The notes under the pieces were generated by a model that saw only the letters and a list, made by a program, of their open reading frames with translations, was not told the origin of the DNA and did not search any database. The translations under genes and the position numbers were made by a program. Shown piece after piece: positions 7,487 through 16,276 of a DNA stretch of 31,952 nucleotides; the stretch's first letter is position 1; each line of letters opens with the position of its first letter. Source of the stretch: a virus (taxonomy: Duplodnaviria; Caudoviricetes); IMG/VR virus record IMGVR_UViG_3300033406_000030, positions 1-31,952 of that record; one strand, written 5' to 3'.

Positions 7487-8556
7487 CTGACGCAAAGAAA
7501 AACACAAACATAGCCCCGGAATCCGACACCACAAAGGATATTTCCAAAGCCGAACAATCGATGTCAGTGCGATTTACTGACAAGGTTCTCAAGGAATTTA
7601 GTTCAGGCGTAGGCGATATTGCTCTAACCGAGTTTCAAAAACGTTTAATTCAAAATTACTTCATTTCACTAGACCTTTCGCTTCGCGTGGCAGAAGAAAA
7701 ACGGCTGAAGAAGTCAGAACAATACAGGGATAAACTTCCCATCACATGGGCAAACGTGAATCTTGAAGAGCTGGCGCGGAATGTCGTTGCCTACGCCCGT
7801 GTCGGGTTGGACCCTGCGCAAAAGAACCACATCAACATGATGCCTTTCAAAAATAATAACTCAAATAAATATGACATTGTGTTTATCGAAGGGTACCGTG
7901 GCATTGAATTGAAAGCGACAAAATATGGGCTTGATGTTCCCGCCGCCGTGATTGTTCAACTCGTTTACACCAATGACAAATTCAAAGCAATCAAAAAAAG
8001 CCTGCGCAATCCGGTCGAAAGCTATGACTTCGATACTGTGGACGATTTTAACCGGGGCGAAATTAAGGGCGGTTTCTACTATCACGTCTATAATGACCCA
8101 ACGAAAAACAAGTTAGTTGTGATGACGCTTGCGGATATTTTAAAACGCAAACCGGCCTACGCTAGTGTTGAGTTTTGGGGCGGCGATAAGGAAGAGTGGA
8201 AGGATGGAAAAAAGACAGGGAAAAAAGAACACGTCGACGGCTGGTATTCCGAAATGTGCCAAAAGACAATCCATCGCGCCGCTTATAACGACATCACCAT
8301 CGACAGCCAGAAGATCGACACCGACTATTTGCGATTGAAGCAACTTGAAGCCGCTGCGTCAGACTTACGGGTCACGGCTGAGATCGAAGAACATGCAAAT
8401 AGCGAAACACTGGAGATTACCGAACCAGTTATTGACGGAGAATTCACGGCAGAAGAACTTGGAGACGCGCCATCGCCAACAAGTCCGGCAACACCAACGG
8501 CAACAAAGGGCAAAGACGCTTCTGCGACTGCACCTCAGAAAGGGCCTAACTTCTGA
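7483..8556 (+). CDS. recT: RecT/Redbeta-like single-strand annealing protein
   Basis: GLDP...MPF...GYRGI...EMCQKT motifs; lies between the SMC-like ATPase and the MBL nuclease. Confidence 0.8.
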   Translation: MTDAKKNTNIAPESDTTKDISKAEQSMSVRFTDKVLKEFSSGVGDIALTEFQKRLIQNYFISLDLSLRVAEEKRLKKSEQYRDKLPITWANVNLEELARNVVAYARVGLDPAQKNHINMMPFKNNNSNKYDIVFIEGYRGIELKATKYGLDVPAAVIVQLVYTNDKFKAIKKSLRNPVESYDFDTVDDFNRGEIKGGFYYHVYNDPTKNKLVVMTLADILKRKPAYASVEFWGGDKEEWKDGKKTGKKEHVDGWYSEMCQKTIHRAAYNDITIDSQKIDTDYLRLKQLEAAASDLRVTAEIEEHANSETLEITEPVIDGEFTAEELGDAPSPTSPATPTATKGKDASATAPQKGPNF

Positions 8557-9320
8557 TGTTGATTCAGGCCTTCGCCTCCAGTAGTAGCGGAAACAGTTAC
8601 CACGTCAGTGACGGACAGACTTCGCTACTTCTGGAAGCGGGGCTTCCTTACCGCCAAATTCAGAAGCACATGGACTTTCAGCTTTCATCAGTAGCAGGTT
8701 GCCTTATCACACATAGCCATGCGGACCACTCCAAGGCGGCGGCCGACCTTATGAAAGCCGCGGTTGAGACATACATGAGCGAAGGAACGGCAATCGGAAT
8801 CGGGATAAGTCGCCGCGAAGAAGCGCCGTCAGGTCATCAAATTCTTGTCACAAACTATTCTATTTTTCATAGGCTGCATATCATCGAACCCAAACAGATG
8901 TTCACCGTTGGAACCTTCTCGGTTCTGCCATTCGAAACAGAACACGACTGCCCCGGGTCACTTGGATTCCTTCTAATCAGCAACGTGACCGGGGAACGTC
9001 TACTGTTTGCAACAGACACTTATTTCCTGCGATACCGCTTCAAGGGGCTTAATTTTATCATGGTGGAGTGCAACTATGCCAAGGACATTCTGGACGCCAA
9101 CACGGAGGCAGGAAGGCTGCCGGAATCGTTGCGGAACAGATTGATCAAGAGTCACTTTTCACTGGAACACGTCAAGGGATTTTTGAAAGCTAATGACCTG
9201 TCAGGCGTGCGGGAAATATGGTTGCTTCATTTGTCGGACGGCAACAGTGATGCGGCGCGATTTAAGCGAGAGATTCAAGAACTCACGGGAATACCGGTGC
9301 GAATAGCAGACAAGGGGTGA
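8556..9320 (+). CDS. MBL-fold metallohydrolase (putative exonuclease)
   Basis: SSSSGNSY, THSHADH, HD, ATDT, ECNY, HLSDGN. Confidence 0.9.
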   Translation: MLIQAFASSSSGNSYHVSDGQTSLLLEAGLPYRQIQKHMDFQLSSVAGCLITHSHADHSKAAADLMKAAVETYMSEGTAIGIGISRREEAPSGHQILVTNYSIFHRLHIIEPKQMFTVGTFSVLPFETEHDCPGSLGFLLISNVTGERLLFATDTYFLRYRFKGLNFIMVECNYAKDILDANTEAGRLPESLRNRLIKSHFSLEHVKGFLKANDLSGVREIWLLHLSDGNSDAARFKREIQELTGIPVRIADKG

Positions 9321-9616
9321 TTGAAACGAAACAGACAATCCATAAATTTCTTCTGCCGTTGGAAGCCACAGGAGTTATTGAAATCACAGGAATTGAAAGC
9401 GTTCTTTCCGTTGCCGTGCAGAACAACAATATTGTGCTTTACGCAATGATCAACACGGAAGATCCTGCGAAATATCAGGTTGGTTATGCGATTCGCGGAA
9501 CTGGACAAGAAGCAGACGATGTTTGGCACATGAAATTCATGGGAACCATGACATTAGGCGGGGGCAGTATCATGCTTCACGTATTTGTTCAGAAAGCATG
9601 GTGTTATATGGCTTAA
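9317..9616 (+). CDS. Conserved hypothetical phage protein
   Basis: IHKF...LSV...GTG...GT...HVF pattern; GTGA coupling. Confidence 0.7.
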   Translation: MIETKQTIHKFLLPLEATGVIEITGIESVLSVAVQNNNIVLYAMINTEDPAKYQVGYAIRGTGQEADDVWHMKFMGTMTLGGGSIMLHVFVQKAWCYMA

Positions 9617-9655
9617 TCAGCCCCATTGATCATTTTAAATTTGGAGTGATGAAAC

Positions 9656-10390
9656 GTGAAAATATCAAACGATGTGCTGGATGTTCTCGGCAACTGCATA
9701 ACAAATGCGAATCTTCTTTTGCTCCCCAGGCAGCTAGACCGGAAACTGTATGAAAAGACGAATAAAGTCATTGAAGCTGCTGGCGGGAAATGGAATCGAA
9801 AAGCAAAGGGACATTTATTTGGATGCGATGCCGTCGACGCGATGGATCAGATCATACTGACCGGCGAGATTACAACGAGACAGGACGTTGGTTATTTCCC
9901 GACGCCCGCTTCGATCGTCGACCAACTGATCGAATTAGCGGAGTTATCTCCGGGGTTACTGGTTCTGGAACCGAGCGCCGGACGGGGAGCGATAGCAAGC
10001 AGGTTGCTGCAAACCGGATGCGAAGTTGACTGCGTTGAGCTGCTGGCTGATAACGTGGAATATCTCAGGAAACTTGATCTTTTTCCTTTCCGTGATGACT
10101 TTTTAACGTTTGAACCGGACCGTTACTACGATCGCGTCGTAATGAATCCACCATTTTCTCGGCAGGCCGATATCCACCACGTCAACCATGCAATGAAGTT
10201 TTTGAAACCAGGCGGAATTTTGGTATCAGTCATGAGCGCGGGTGTTATTTTTCGCAGTAATCGCCTGACCGTTGATTTCAAAAACATGGTTGCCGCCCAT
10301 GACGGGGAAATTATTCCGCTGCCAGAAGGAGCGTTCAAGGAATCGGGAACGCTAGTCAATACAGTGGTTGTAAAAATGTTTGCCGCTTAA
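9656..10390 (+). CDS. SAM-dependent amino (N6-adenine) DNA methyltransferase
   Basis: YFPTP, LEPSAGRG, MNPPF, FKESGT. Confidence 0.88.
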   Translation: MKISNDVLDVLGNCITNANLLLLPRQLDRKLYEKTNKVIEAAGGKWNRKAKGHLFGCDAVDAMDQIILTGEITTRQDVGYFPTPASIVDQLIELAELSPGLLVLEPSAGRGAIASRLLQTGCEVDCVELLADNVEYLRKLDLFPFRDDFLTFEPDRYYDRVVMNPPFSRQADIHHVNHAMKFLKPGGILVSVMSAGVIFRSNRLTVDFKNMVAAHDGEIIPLPEGAFKESGTLVNTVVVKMFAA

Positions 10391-10415
10391 ACAAATTTAC
10401 GGGAGGCCTGAATAG

Positions 10416-10610
10416 ATGGTGCTCAAATCAATTGGCTCCGGAATCGTCCGGACAATAACAGGCAAACCGCGCCAACGCGCCAGAGTGGATGAGGGGAGCG
10501 ATAAACATTATTCCGAATCTATCATCCGGCGTGGACAGAACTGCCGGCGCTTCATACCAAAGGTGGTGAAAGACAGTGATAACAATCCTGATAGGCGATG
10601 CTTTAACTGA
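10416..10610 (+). CDS. Hypothetical protein
   Basis: GGGAGG RBS. Confidence 0.45.
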   Translation: MVLKSIGSGIVRTITGKPRQRARVDEGSDKHYSESIIRRGQNCRRFIPKVVKDSDNNPDRRCFN

Positions 10611-11580
10611 ACTAAAAAAACTTAATTCCGGATCCGTAAATTGCTGTGTGACTTCTCCACCTTATTTTGGGCTCAGAGACTATGGCATAGATGGGCAGAT
10701 CGGTTTGGAATCAACACCCGAAGAATACGTTTGCAAGACGGTTGAGATATTTTCAGAAGTGCGGCGGGTATTGCGGGTTGATGGAACACTGTGGCTGAAC
10801 ATGGGGGATAGTTATTCTAATACTAAACCGAAGCCGCTACAGGACGGGTGGATGAATACAACTGGACCTTTAAATTGGACAAATAATCAATGCCGAAACT
10901 TATCTAGCCTTCCCGCGAAAAATCTTCTGGGTATGCCGTGGCGTGTCGCTTTCGCGCTTCAGGCTGACGGCTGGTATCTTCGCTAAGACATTATTTGGAA
11001 CAAGCCAAACCCAATGCCGGAAAGCGTAACCGATAGATGCACGAAAGCACATGAATACATTTTTCTTCTCAGTAAGTCAGCAAAATATTACTACGATGCA
11101 GATTCGATCAAGGAAGTATCCGTATATCAGCCAGACGACGAAGCAAGCCAATGGCAACGAAACGGCGGAAAAATGTTAGAGCCTCATGTTCCAGGACAAC
11201 CGTCACAACACAGAGCAGATAGAAAGCGCGGGTCGTTTGATGGAAAGTATGCGGATCTCGAGGGGAAAGAATCTTTTAGAGCAATTCGTGGCACAAGAAA
11301 TAAACGCACAGTTTGGACCGTACCTACAAATCAATATACCGCAGCACACTTTGCAACATATCCGCCCGATTTAATTATCCCTTGCATAAAAGCGGGATGC
11401 CCAGAAGACGGAACGGTGTTGGACCCGTTTGTAGGGTCGGGAACAACATTGGAAGTGGCCGCGAGGCTAGGTAGAAACAGCATTGGGATTGAGATAAACC
11501 CCCAATACGGGAATTTGATTGAACAGCGCTGTCAAAAATGGTTATACGGAATTGATTTATTTAGTAGAAAAGGGAGCTGA
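10576..11580 (+). pseudogene. Beta-class N4C/N6A DNA methyltransferase with an in-frame TAA at 10984-10986
   Basis: TSPPY ... GWYLR*DIIWNKPNPMPES ... HEYIF ... HFATYP ... DPFVGSGT. Both ORFs share one frame and the intervening codons keep the family consensus. Confidence 0.88.
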
Positions 11581-11585
11581 AATAG

Positions 11586-11924
11586 ATGGAAGACACCAAG
11601 TCCTGTGAGACATGCAATTTTGTACAGAAATATGGGGATGAGAAACCATGTAAACAATGCAAGGGGACTTATGATTCTGGTGGCACAAACTGGAAACCGC
11701 AAACGCGTCTTACCCGGATCAGCATCCGTTGGGATAACTGGCTGGACCAACGCAAAAACCAGATCACACTGTTGGCAATGGGAATCGTTGGATTTGTGAT
11801 GATTCTCATGATGTCCACATATATGTTTATCGCTACTGTCGGTATTGTGGCAAGGTTGTCGACGGAGCTTAACGCTCTGACAATCGATGTGCAGCAGCTG
11901 CAGCAGCGTGATAAAGGAAAATGA
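11586..11924 (+). CDS. Hypothetical membrane protein with N-terminal CxxC...CxxC
   Basis: CETC...CKQC followed by a hydrophobic helix. Confidence 0.65.
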   Translation: MEDTKSCETCNFVQKYGDEKPCKQCKGTYDSGGTNWKPQTRLTRISIRWDNWLDQRKNQITLLAMGIVGFVMILMMSTYMFIATVGIVARLSTELNALTIDVQQLQQRDKGK

Positions 11925-11943
11925 CGGGGCGGGAAGTGGAAGT

Positions 11944-12741
11944 ATGCCGGACCGAATATCAGGCGGCTATATTATTATCGCCAAAAAAATCATTGATAGT
12001 GAGATCTGGAAAAAGCCTCCCCTCTACTTGAAGGTTTGGCTATATCTGCTCCAACGAGCGCAATACAAGCCGTACAGATCACTGGAAAAGGGACAGCTGT
12101 TTGTCACGATCAAAGATATTCAGGAAAATTGCTCATGGTTCGTAGGGTGCAGAAAATCAACTCCCACGAAGGACCAAATCTTTCAAATCCTTAATTGGAT
12201 GCGTAACCCCTCCGTAAGCCCTATGGAAGCAACGACGAAAGCAACGATGAAAGCAACGATGATCACGACAACGAAAGCAACACACGGAATTCTTATAACC
12301 GTAGATAACTATTGCGATTACCAGAATCCGAAGTTGTACGAAAGCAACGACGAAAGCAACGACGAAAGCAACATCGTAACAGCTACGAAAGCAATAGGGG
12401 AGCAACGGACACCCAACAATATAAATAAAGAAGGTATTAAGAAGAATAAGAATACTAAGAAAGAGAATCTCCCGCCCGAGGCGCTCGACCTCTCCGACTA
12501 CCTGACGGAAAAAATTACGGAGTGGAAACCGGATGCCAGAATAAACTCCAACAATTGGCCCCACGTATTCCGGCTGATGATGGAGCAGGACCAGAGGAAG
12601 CCTGACGATATTGCCGCAGTGATCAAGTGGGCCACTCAGGATAGTTTCTGGCAGTCTAACATATTGAGCGCTGATGCCGTGAGAAGACAGTTCGACAAAC
12701 TACAAGGGCAGATGATGCGAGGTAAGAAAAATGGGTTATGA
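11944..12741 (+). CDS. Phage replication initiator
   Basis: GGYIIIAKKIIDSEIW...WLYLL N-terminus; central iterons; C-terminal DSFWQSNILS...RRQFDKL. Confidence 0.82.
   Translation: MPDRISGGYIIIAKKIIDSEIWKKPPLYLKVWLYLLQRAQYKPYRSLEKGQLFVTIKDIQENCSWFVGCRKSTPTKDQIFQILNWMRNPSVSPMEATTKATMKATMITTTKATHGILITVDNYCDYQNPKLYESNDESNDESNIVTATKAIGEQRTPNNINKEGIKKNKNTKKENLPPEALDLSDYLTEKITEWKPDARINSNNWPHVFRLMMEQDQRKPDDIAAVIKWATQDSFWQSNILSADAVRRQFDKLQGQMMRGKKNGL
12225..12470. repeat. Replication origin: iterons plus an AT-rich tract
   Basis: GAAAGCAA at 12237, 12249, 12273, 12340, 12352, 12364 and 12387 (mostly 12-bp period), followed by an A/T-rich stretch at about 12418-12470. Confidence 0.75.
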
Positions 12742-13135
12742 ATCGGAAATGCTTTTTAAGTCCCAGTTGAAGAAAGCGCAGGTAACGCTGGAAGAGATTG
12801 GCGAGGCAAGGTTGAACCTGGTGGCCAGCGTTATGGATTTTGTAACTGCAAAATATCCCAATATTGCGCTTGACGTACTCGAGCGAAATCTATCCCAGTT
12901 TTGCGAAATGAAAAAATACTATGACGCGTGTCCTATGTGCGTCAGTGTCGGGCAGTGTCCAAGTCGGGACGGAAATCGCTTGAACGGAAGACTGGAGGCT
13001 GACGGGGTAGTTCGAATATGGATGGAACCCTGTCCGCAGGGACTAAAAAGGCCCAAACGAGCCAGCAAAGACGATCAACCTGAGGACGATTGGCGAGAAC
13101 GCAGCCGCAAGCGCGGCAGTAAACCGGACTATTAA
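12731..13135 (+). CDS. Zn-binding hypothetical protein in the helicase-loader position
   Basis: CPMC...C...C; no Walker motifs. Confidence 0.6.
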   Translation: MGYESEMLFKSQLKKAQVTLEEIGEARLNLVASVMDFVTAKYPNIALDVLERNLSQFCEMKKYYDACPMCVSVGQCPSRDGNRLNGRLEADGVVRIWMEPCPQGLKRPKRASKDDQPEDDWRERSRKRGSKPDY

Positions 13136-13158
13136 AAAACAGATTGGAGGAAATAATC

Positions 13159-13725
13159 ATGGGAAAACGTGGATTCAGAAAAGCAAAAGAACCAAAGGGG
13201 CCGAGACTTACCGAGGCGACCGAAGAACTTCTGACTATGGCAGCCAGACTGATTGACGATCATCACGGACACCTGGCGGAAGCGACTATATCGTACTGGA
13301 TGGTAAACGGAAATTGGGCCAGCGGCGGCAAAGATGTCGTGGCAAACGCTCAACTCGTAACTGGCGCCAACCGAAAAGAAACAGGCAATACCTTCCGTAT
13401 TTTGGTTAGCGAAAAGGCATGGAACGACTCGAACGAAAAACAGCGTGAATATACGCTCGACAGCCAATTGACCAGACTTTGCAAGGGAGAAACCGGAAAC
13501 GGCGAGGCCCGCTGGTATATGCGCGATTATGCGCTGAAAACTTTCCCTTCATTGGTGCAGTCTTACGGGCTGATCACGCCGGAACTGCGAAATTTCGACA
13601 ACGCATTGCGGCAGACGAAACTCGAATTCGCTAAAGAAACAGCGGAATCTGTGAACGAATCGACCGAAAGCGTGACGAAAGATGCCAAAACCGTGGACGG
13701 TGCGGCAGATAATGTGTTGAATTAA
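13159..13725 (+). CDS. Phage metallopeptidase-like protein lacking HExxH
   Basis: HHGHLAEATISY...FRILVSEKAW...QREYTLDSQLTRL. Confidence 0.65.
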   Translation: MGKRGFRKAKEPKGPRLTEATEELLTMAARLIDDHHGHLAEATISYWMVNGNWASGGKDVVANAQLVTGANRKETGNTFRILVSEKAWNDSNEKQREYTLDSQLTRLCKGETGNGEARWYMRDYALKTFPSLVQSYGLITPELRNFDNALRQTKLEFAKETAESVNESTESVTKDAKTVDGAADNVLN

Positions 13726-13732
13726 CAGAATA

Positions 13733-13760
13733 ACCGGGGCGGCTGCAATGTCGCCCCGTT
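13733..13760. terminator. GC-rich intergenic hairpin
   Basis: CGGGGCGGC-tgcaat-GTCGCCCCG. Confidence 0.45.
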
Positions 13761-13783
13761 GGATAAAAAAGGACGTGGGAATA

Positions 13784-14470
13784 ATGGGAAACTTTGAATC
13801 TTTTCCAATTCCGGCAGAACTTATCAAAAAGCTAGACTTCGGGGAAATCAGCTATGAGGTTTTCAAAGGCAAAATATACTACCTGACCACTGACGATTAC
13901 ATTTCGGCCCAGCGTGTTATTGATAAGATGCAAAAAGAAAACCCTACGGCGGCATATAACAAATACGGTAACCGTAAGGTTAGCCTGAAATTGAACATTG
14001 AGGACCGGACCCCTGATATGGGCAGCGGCTTTGAATATGTGACCTTTGATTCTGAGGATGAGGCCGAATTTTATTTTCACCTTGTCGATGAGAAAGAGGC
14101 CGGTAAAATAATTAAGTTTGAACTTCAGCCGCGAATCGAATTATTTCCTACCTTCGTTGATCTGTTCGGGGTTAAGCAAAGGGCGATAATTTATACTCCT
14201 GATTTTTTCATAAGGTATAACACGGCAAACTATAGTTATGCCTATATCGACGTTAAGGGGATGTCAACGCAGCAGGGAGATTTGAGGCGTAAGCTATATA
14301 ACTATCTTTCAGCAACTGGTGAAAAGGGGTTTTCTAGAATCCCGCTATACTGGGTGGCCTACTCCAAAAAATACGGCGATGCTGACGGTTGGATTGATTA
14401 CGATAAACTGCAGCAGTGCAGGGCGAAGGCGCGGAAAGAAAAGAAAAATGAACGTGCTGTCGCTGTTTAG
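13784..14470 (+). CDS. DUF1064-family PD-(D/E)xK nuclease
   Basis: NKYGNRKV...FDSEDEA...ELQP...YTPDF...IDVKGM. Confidence 0.8.
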   Translation: MGNFESFPIPAELIKKLDFGEISYEVFKGKIYYLTTDDYISAQRVIDKMQKENPTAAYNKYGNRKVSLKLNIEDRTPDMGSGFEYVTFDSEDEAEFYFHLVDEKEAGKIIKFELQPRIELFPTFVDLFGVKQRAIIYTPDFFIRYNTANYSYAYIDVKGMSTQQGDLRRKLYNYLSATGEKGFSRIPLYWVAYSKKYGDADGWIDYDKLQQCRAKARKEKKNERAVAV

Positions 14471-14951
14471 CGGAATCGGCGGTTTAGACATTGCCGCCGA
14501 GTGGGCGGGGATGAAAACGGTGGCATTTTGCGAGATTGATGATTACGCCTGCAAGGTTTTAGGAATGAGGTGGAAAAATGCCCCTATTTACCGAGACGTT
14601 AGAGAACTTACCAAAGAAAGAATGCAAGGCGACGGAATCAGAGTCGACCTTGTCACGGGTGGATTTCCTTGTCAGCCTCACAGCTTGGCTGGTAAGCGCC
14701 TTGCACAAGATGACGAACGCGACCTTTGGGGAGAGTGCGAAAGAATACTTCGCGAAGTTCAGCCCCGATGGGCAACTTTTGAAAATGTCCCAGGGATTTT
14801 GTCAAGTGACTCTGGACGGTTCTTTCGAAGAGTTCTCTGGGGCATTGCCACGTCAGGGTATGATGCGTGCTGGTTTACTTATGCGGCTGCCGATGTTGGG
14901 GCGCCGCAAGGACGGGAACGGGTGTTTATCGTGGCCTACCGCAACAAGTAG
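14448..14951 (+). CDS. dcm: C5-cytosine DNA methyltransferase, alpha chain (motifs I-VIII)
   Basis: LFSGIGG, GGFPCQ, ENVPG, QGRERVFIVA, then stop. Confidence 0.9.
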   Translation: MNVLSLFSGIGGLDIAAEWAGMKTVAFCEIDDYACKVLGMRWKNAPIYRDVRELTKERMQGDGIRVDLVTGGFPCQPHSLAGKRLAQDDERDLWGECERILREVQPRWATFENVPGILSSDSGRFFRRVLWGIATSGYDACWFTYAAADVGAPQGRERVFIVAYRNK

Positions 14952-15483
14952 GGATTGGAAAGATGGTAGCGCAAAATCTTGCGAAAATGTTCCGGTAAAT
15001 GGACTTTTGGGGCGTGCGGTACATCACTGGCCTACGCCAAAAGGTTGCCCATCCGGACCGGATTTCGCTCGAATTAATCGCGAGGGAAGCGGTGGCGATG
15101 ATCTTGCTACAATCGTTGCGAAAATGTGGGCAACTCCTTCGGCGGCTGATAGCCAAGGAAGTCACGGCGGAGGACAAACACGGTCACTCAGAACTGATGT
15201 GCATGGGCAAGGTGGTCAACTTAACGCCGACTGGGTTGAAATCCTCATGGGCTACGATATTGGGGTTACAGACATTGATTGTGACGAACCGGAACCGTGG
15301 CCCGGATGGCCAGCAGGAAGGGGAGCACAACAATACCCTTACGAGCCTTCCCGCGTGATTGTCGGACAGAAAAACAGATCAAAGCGGCTGAAATGCCTTG
15401 GGAATTCCGTAGTACCAGCACAGGCCTATCCGATATTTGCGGCGATCATGGAGATTGAAACGCGAAAGGAGGCAGCCAAATGA
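14578..15483 (+). CDS. C5 methyltransferase beta chain (variable region plus motifs IX-X) in an overlapping +1 frame; true start uncertain
   Basis: W(P/A)T(P/A) repeats, LNADWVEILMGY (motif IX), RLKCLGNSVVP (motif X). Confidence 0.78.
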   Translation: MPLFTETLENLPKKECKATESESTLSRVDFLVSLTAWLVSALHKMTNATFGESAKEYFAKFSPDGQLLKMSQGFCQVTLDGSFEEFSGALPRQGMMRAGLLMRLPMLGRRKDGNGCLSWPTATSRDWKDGSAKSCENVPVNGLLGRAVHHWPTPKGCPSGPDFARINREGSGGDDLATIVAKMWATPSAADSQGSHGGGQTRSLRTDVHGQGGQLNADWVEILMGYDIGVTDIDCDEPEPWPGWPAGRGAQQYPYEPSRVIVGQKNRSKRLKCLGNSVVPAQAYPIFAAIMEIETRKEAAK

Positions 15484-15956
15484 AATACGCAGCCCAAACC
15501 GAAGTCCCGGCAGATCGGTCCCGATCGGAAATAGAAAAGACGCTCGTCAGGTACGGCGCCACAAAGTTCATGTACGGATGGGAAGACGATGCTGCAGTTA
15601 TCGGATTCGTTGCCAACGGTCGGCACATCAGATTCCTTCTCCCACTACCCGATAAAACCAGCCGCGAATTTACCCACACGCCAGAGCGCGGAACACTGCG
15701 GTCACCCGGTCAGGCGATGGTAGCTTGGGAGCAGGCATGCAAACAAAAGTGGAGAGCGCTGGCGCTGTACGTCAAGGCCACGTTAGAGGCTGTTGAATCC
15801 GGGATAGTGACGTTCGAGGAAGCGTTCGAGGCTCACACAATCCTGCCGAACGGGCAGACGGTTGGTCAGTACATACAGCCGCAGATTCGCGAGGCATATT
15901 TGACAGGGAGCATGCCGAAGATGCTGCCAATGCTGGGGGGAGGAAGGAGATCGTGA
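15480..15956 (+). CDS. Conserved hypothetical phage protein
   Basis: YAAQTEVPADRSRSEIEKTL...WRALALYVKA...FEEAF...LPNG. Confidence 0.75.
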   Translation: MKYAAQTEVPADRSRSEIEKTLVRYGATKFMYGWEDDAAVIGFVANGRHIRFLLPLPDKTSREFTHTPERGTLRSPGQAMVAWEQACKQKWRALALYVKATLEAVESGIVTFEEAFEAHTILPNGQTVGQYIQPQIREAYLTGSMPKMLPMLGGGRRS

Positions 15957-16276
15957 TGATTAACGAAGAGCCAAGACAATGGATATGTTTTAAGACCGTA
16001 CCGTTATATTTCTGGTTGGCATTTGGAGCATGGCTGTTTTTGCGAGAAGAATGGGTTAATGCAATCTTCGCTTTTGGGTTGGCATTCACGTGGTCAGTAA
16101 TTGTTCAATTTTATGAAATAGCAATAAAACATACTCTTGATCAACAGGCGAAAATGATCGCAACGATTTTATTAAGTTGTTATACGAAGCCGGGGCTACA
16201 GGTAAACGATGATGGAACGATTTCGCCAAAGGAATTTGATAAGAGTGAAACCGATTTGAAGGAGAAGGGACGATGA
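15953..16276 (+). CDS. Hypothetical membrane protein
   Basis: Two hydrophobic segments; translationally coupled. Confidence 0.65.
   Translation: MMINEEPRQWICFKTVPLYFWLAFGAWLFLREEWVNAIFAFGLAFTWSVIVQFYEIAIKHTLDQQAKMIATILLSCYTKPGLQVNDDGTISPKEFDKSETDLKEKGR

Noticed and set aside
10984-10986. Genome-wide stop-codon reassignment
   Set aside because: TAA, TAG and TGA all end conserved genes at expected positions; only one internal stop was seen.
12225-12400. CRISPR array
   Set aside because: The repeats are 8-12 bp, tandem, intragenic and lack unique spacers; no cas genes.
13784-15483. Type II R-M pair (nuclease plus Dcm)
   Set aside because: The nuclease is DUF1064-like, a common phage replication-region gene, and not a recognisable restriction endonuclease.
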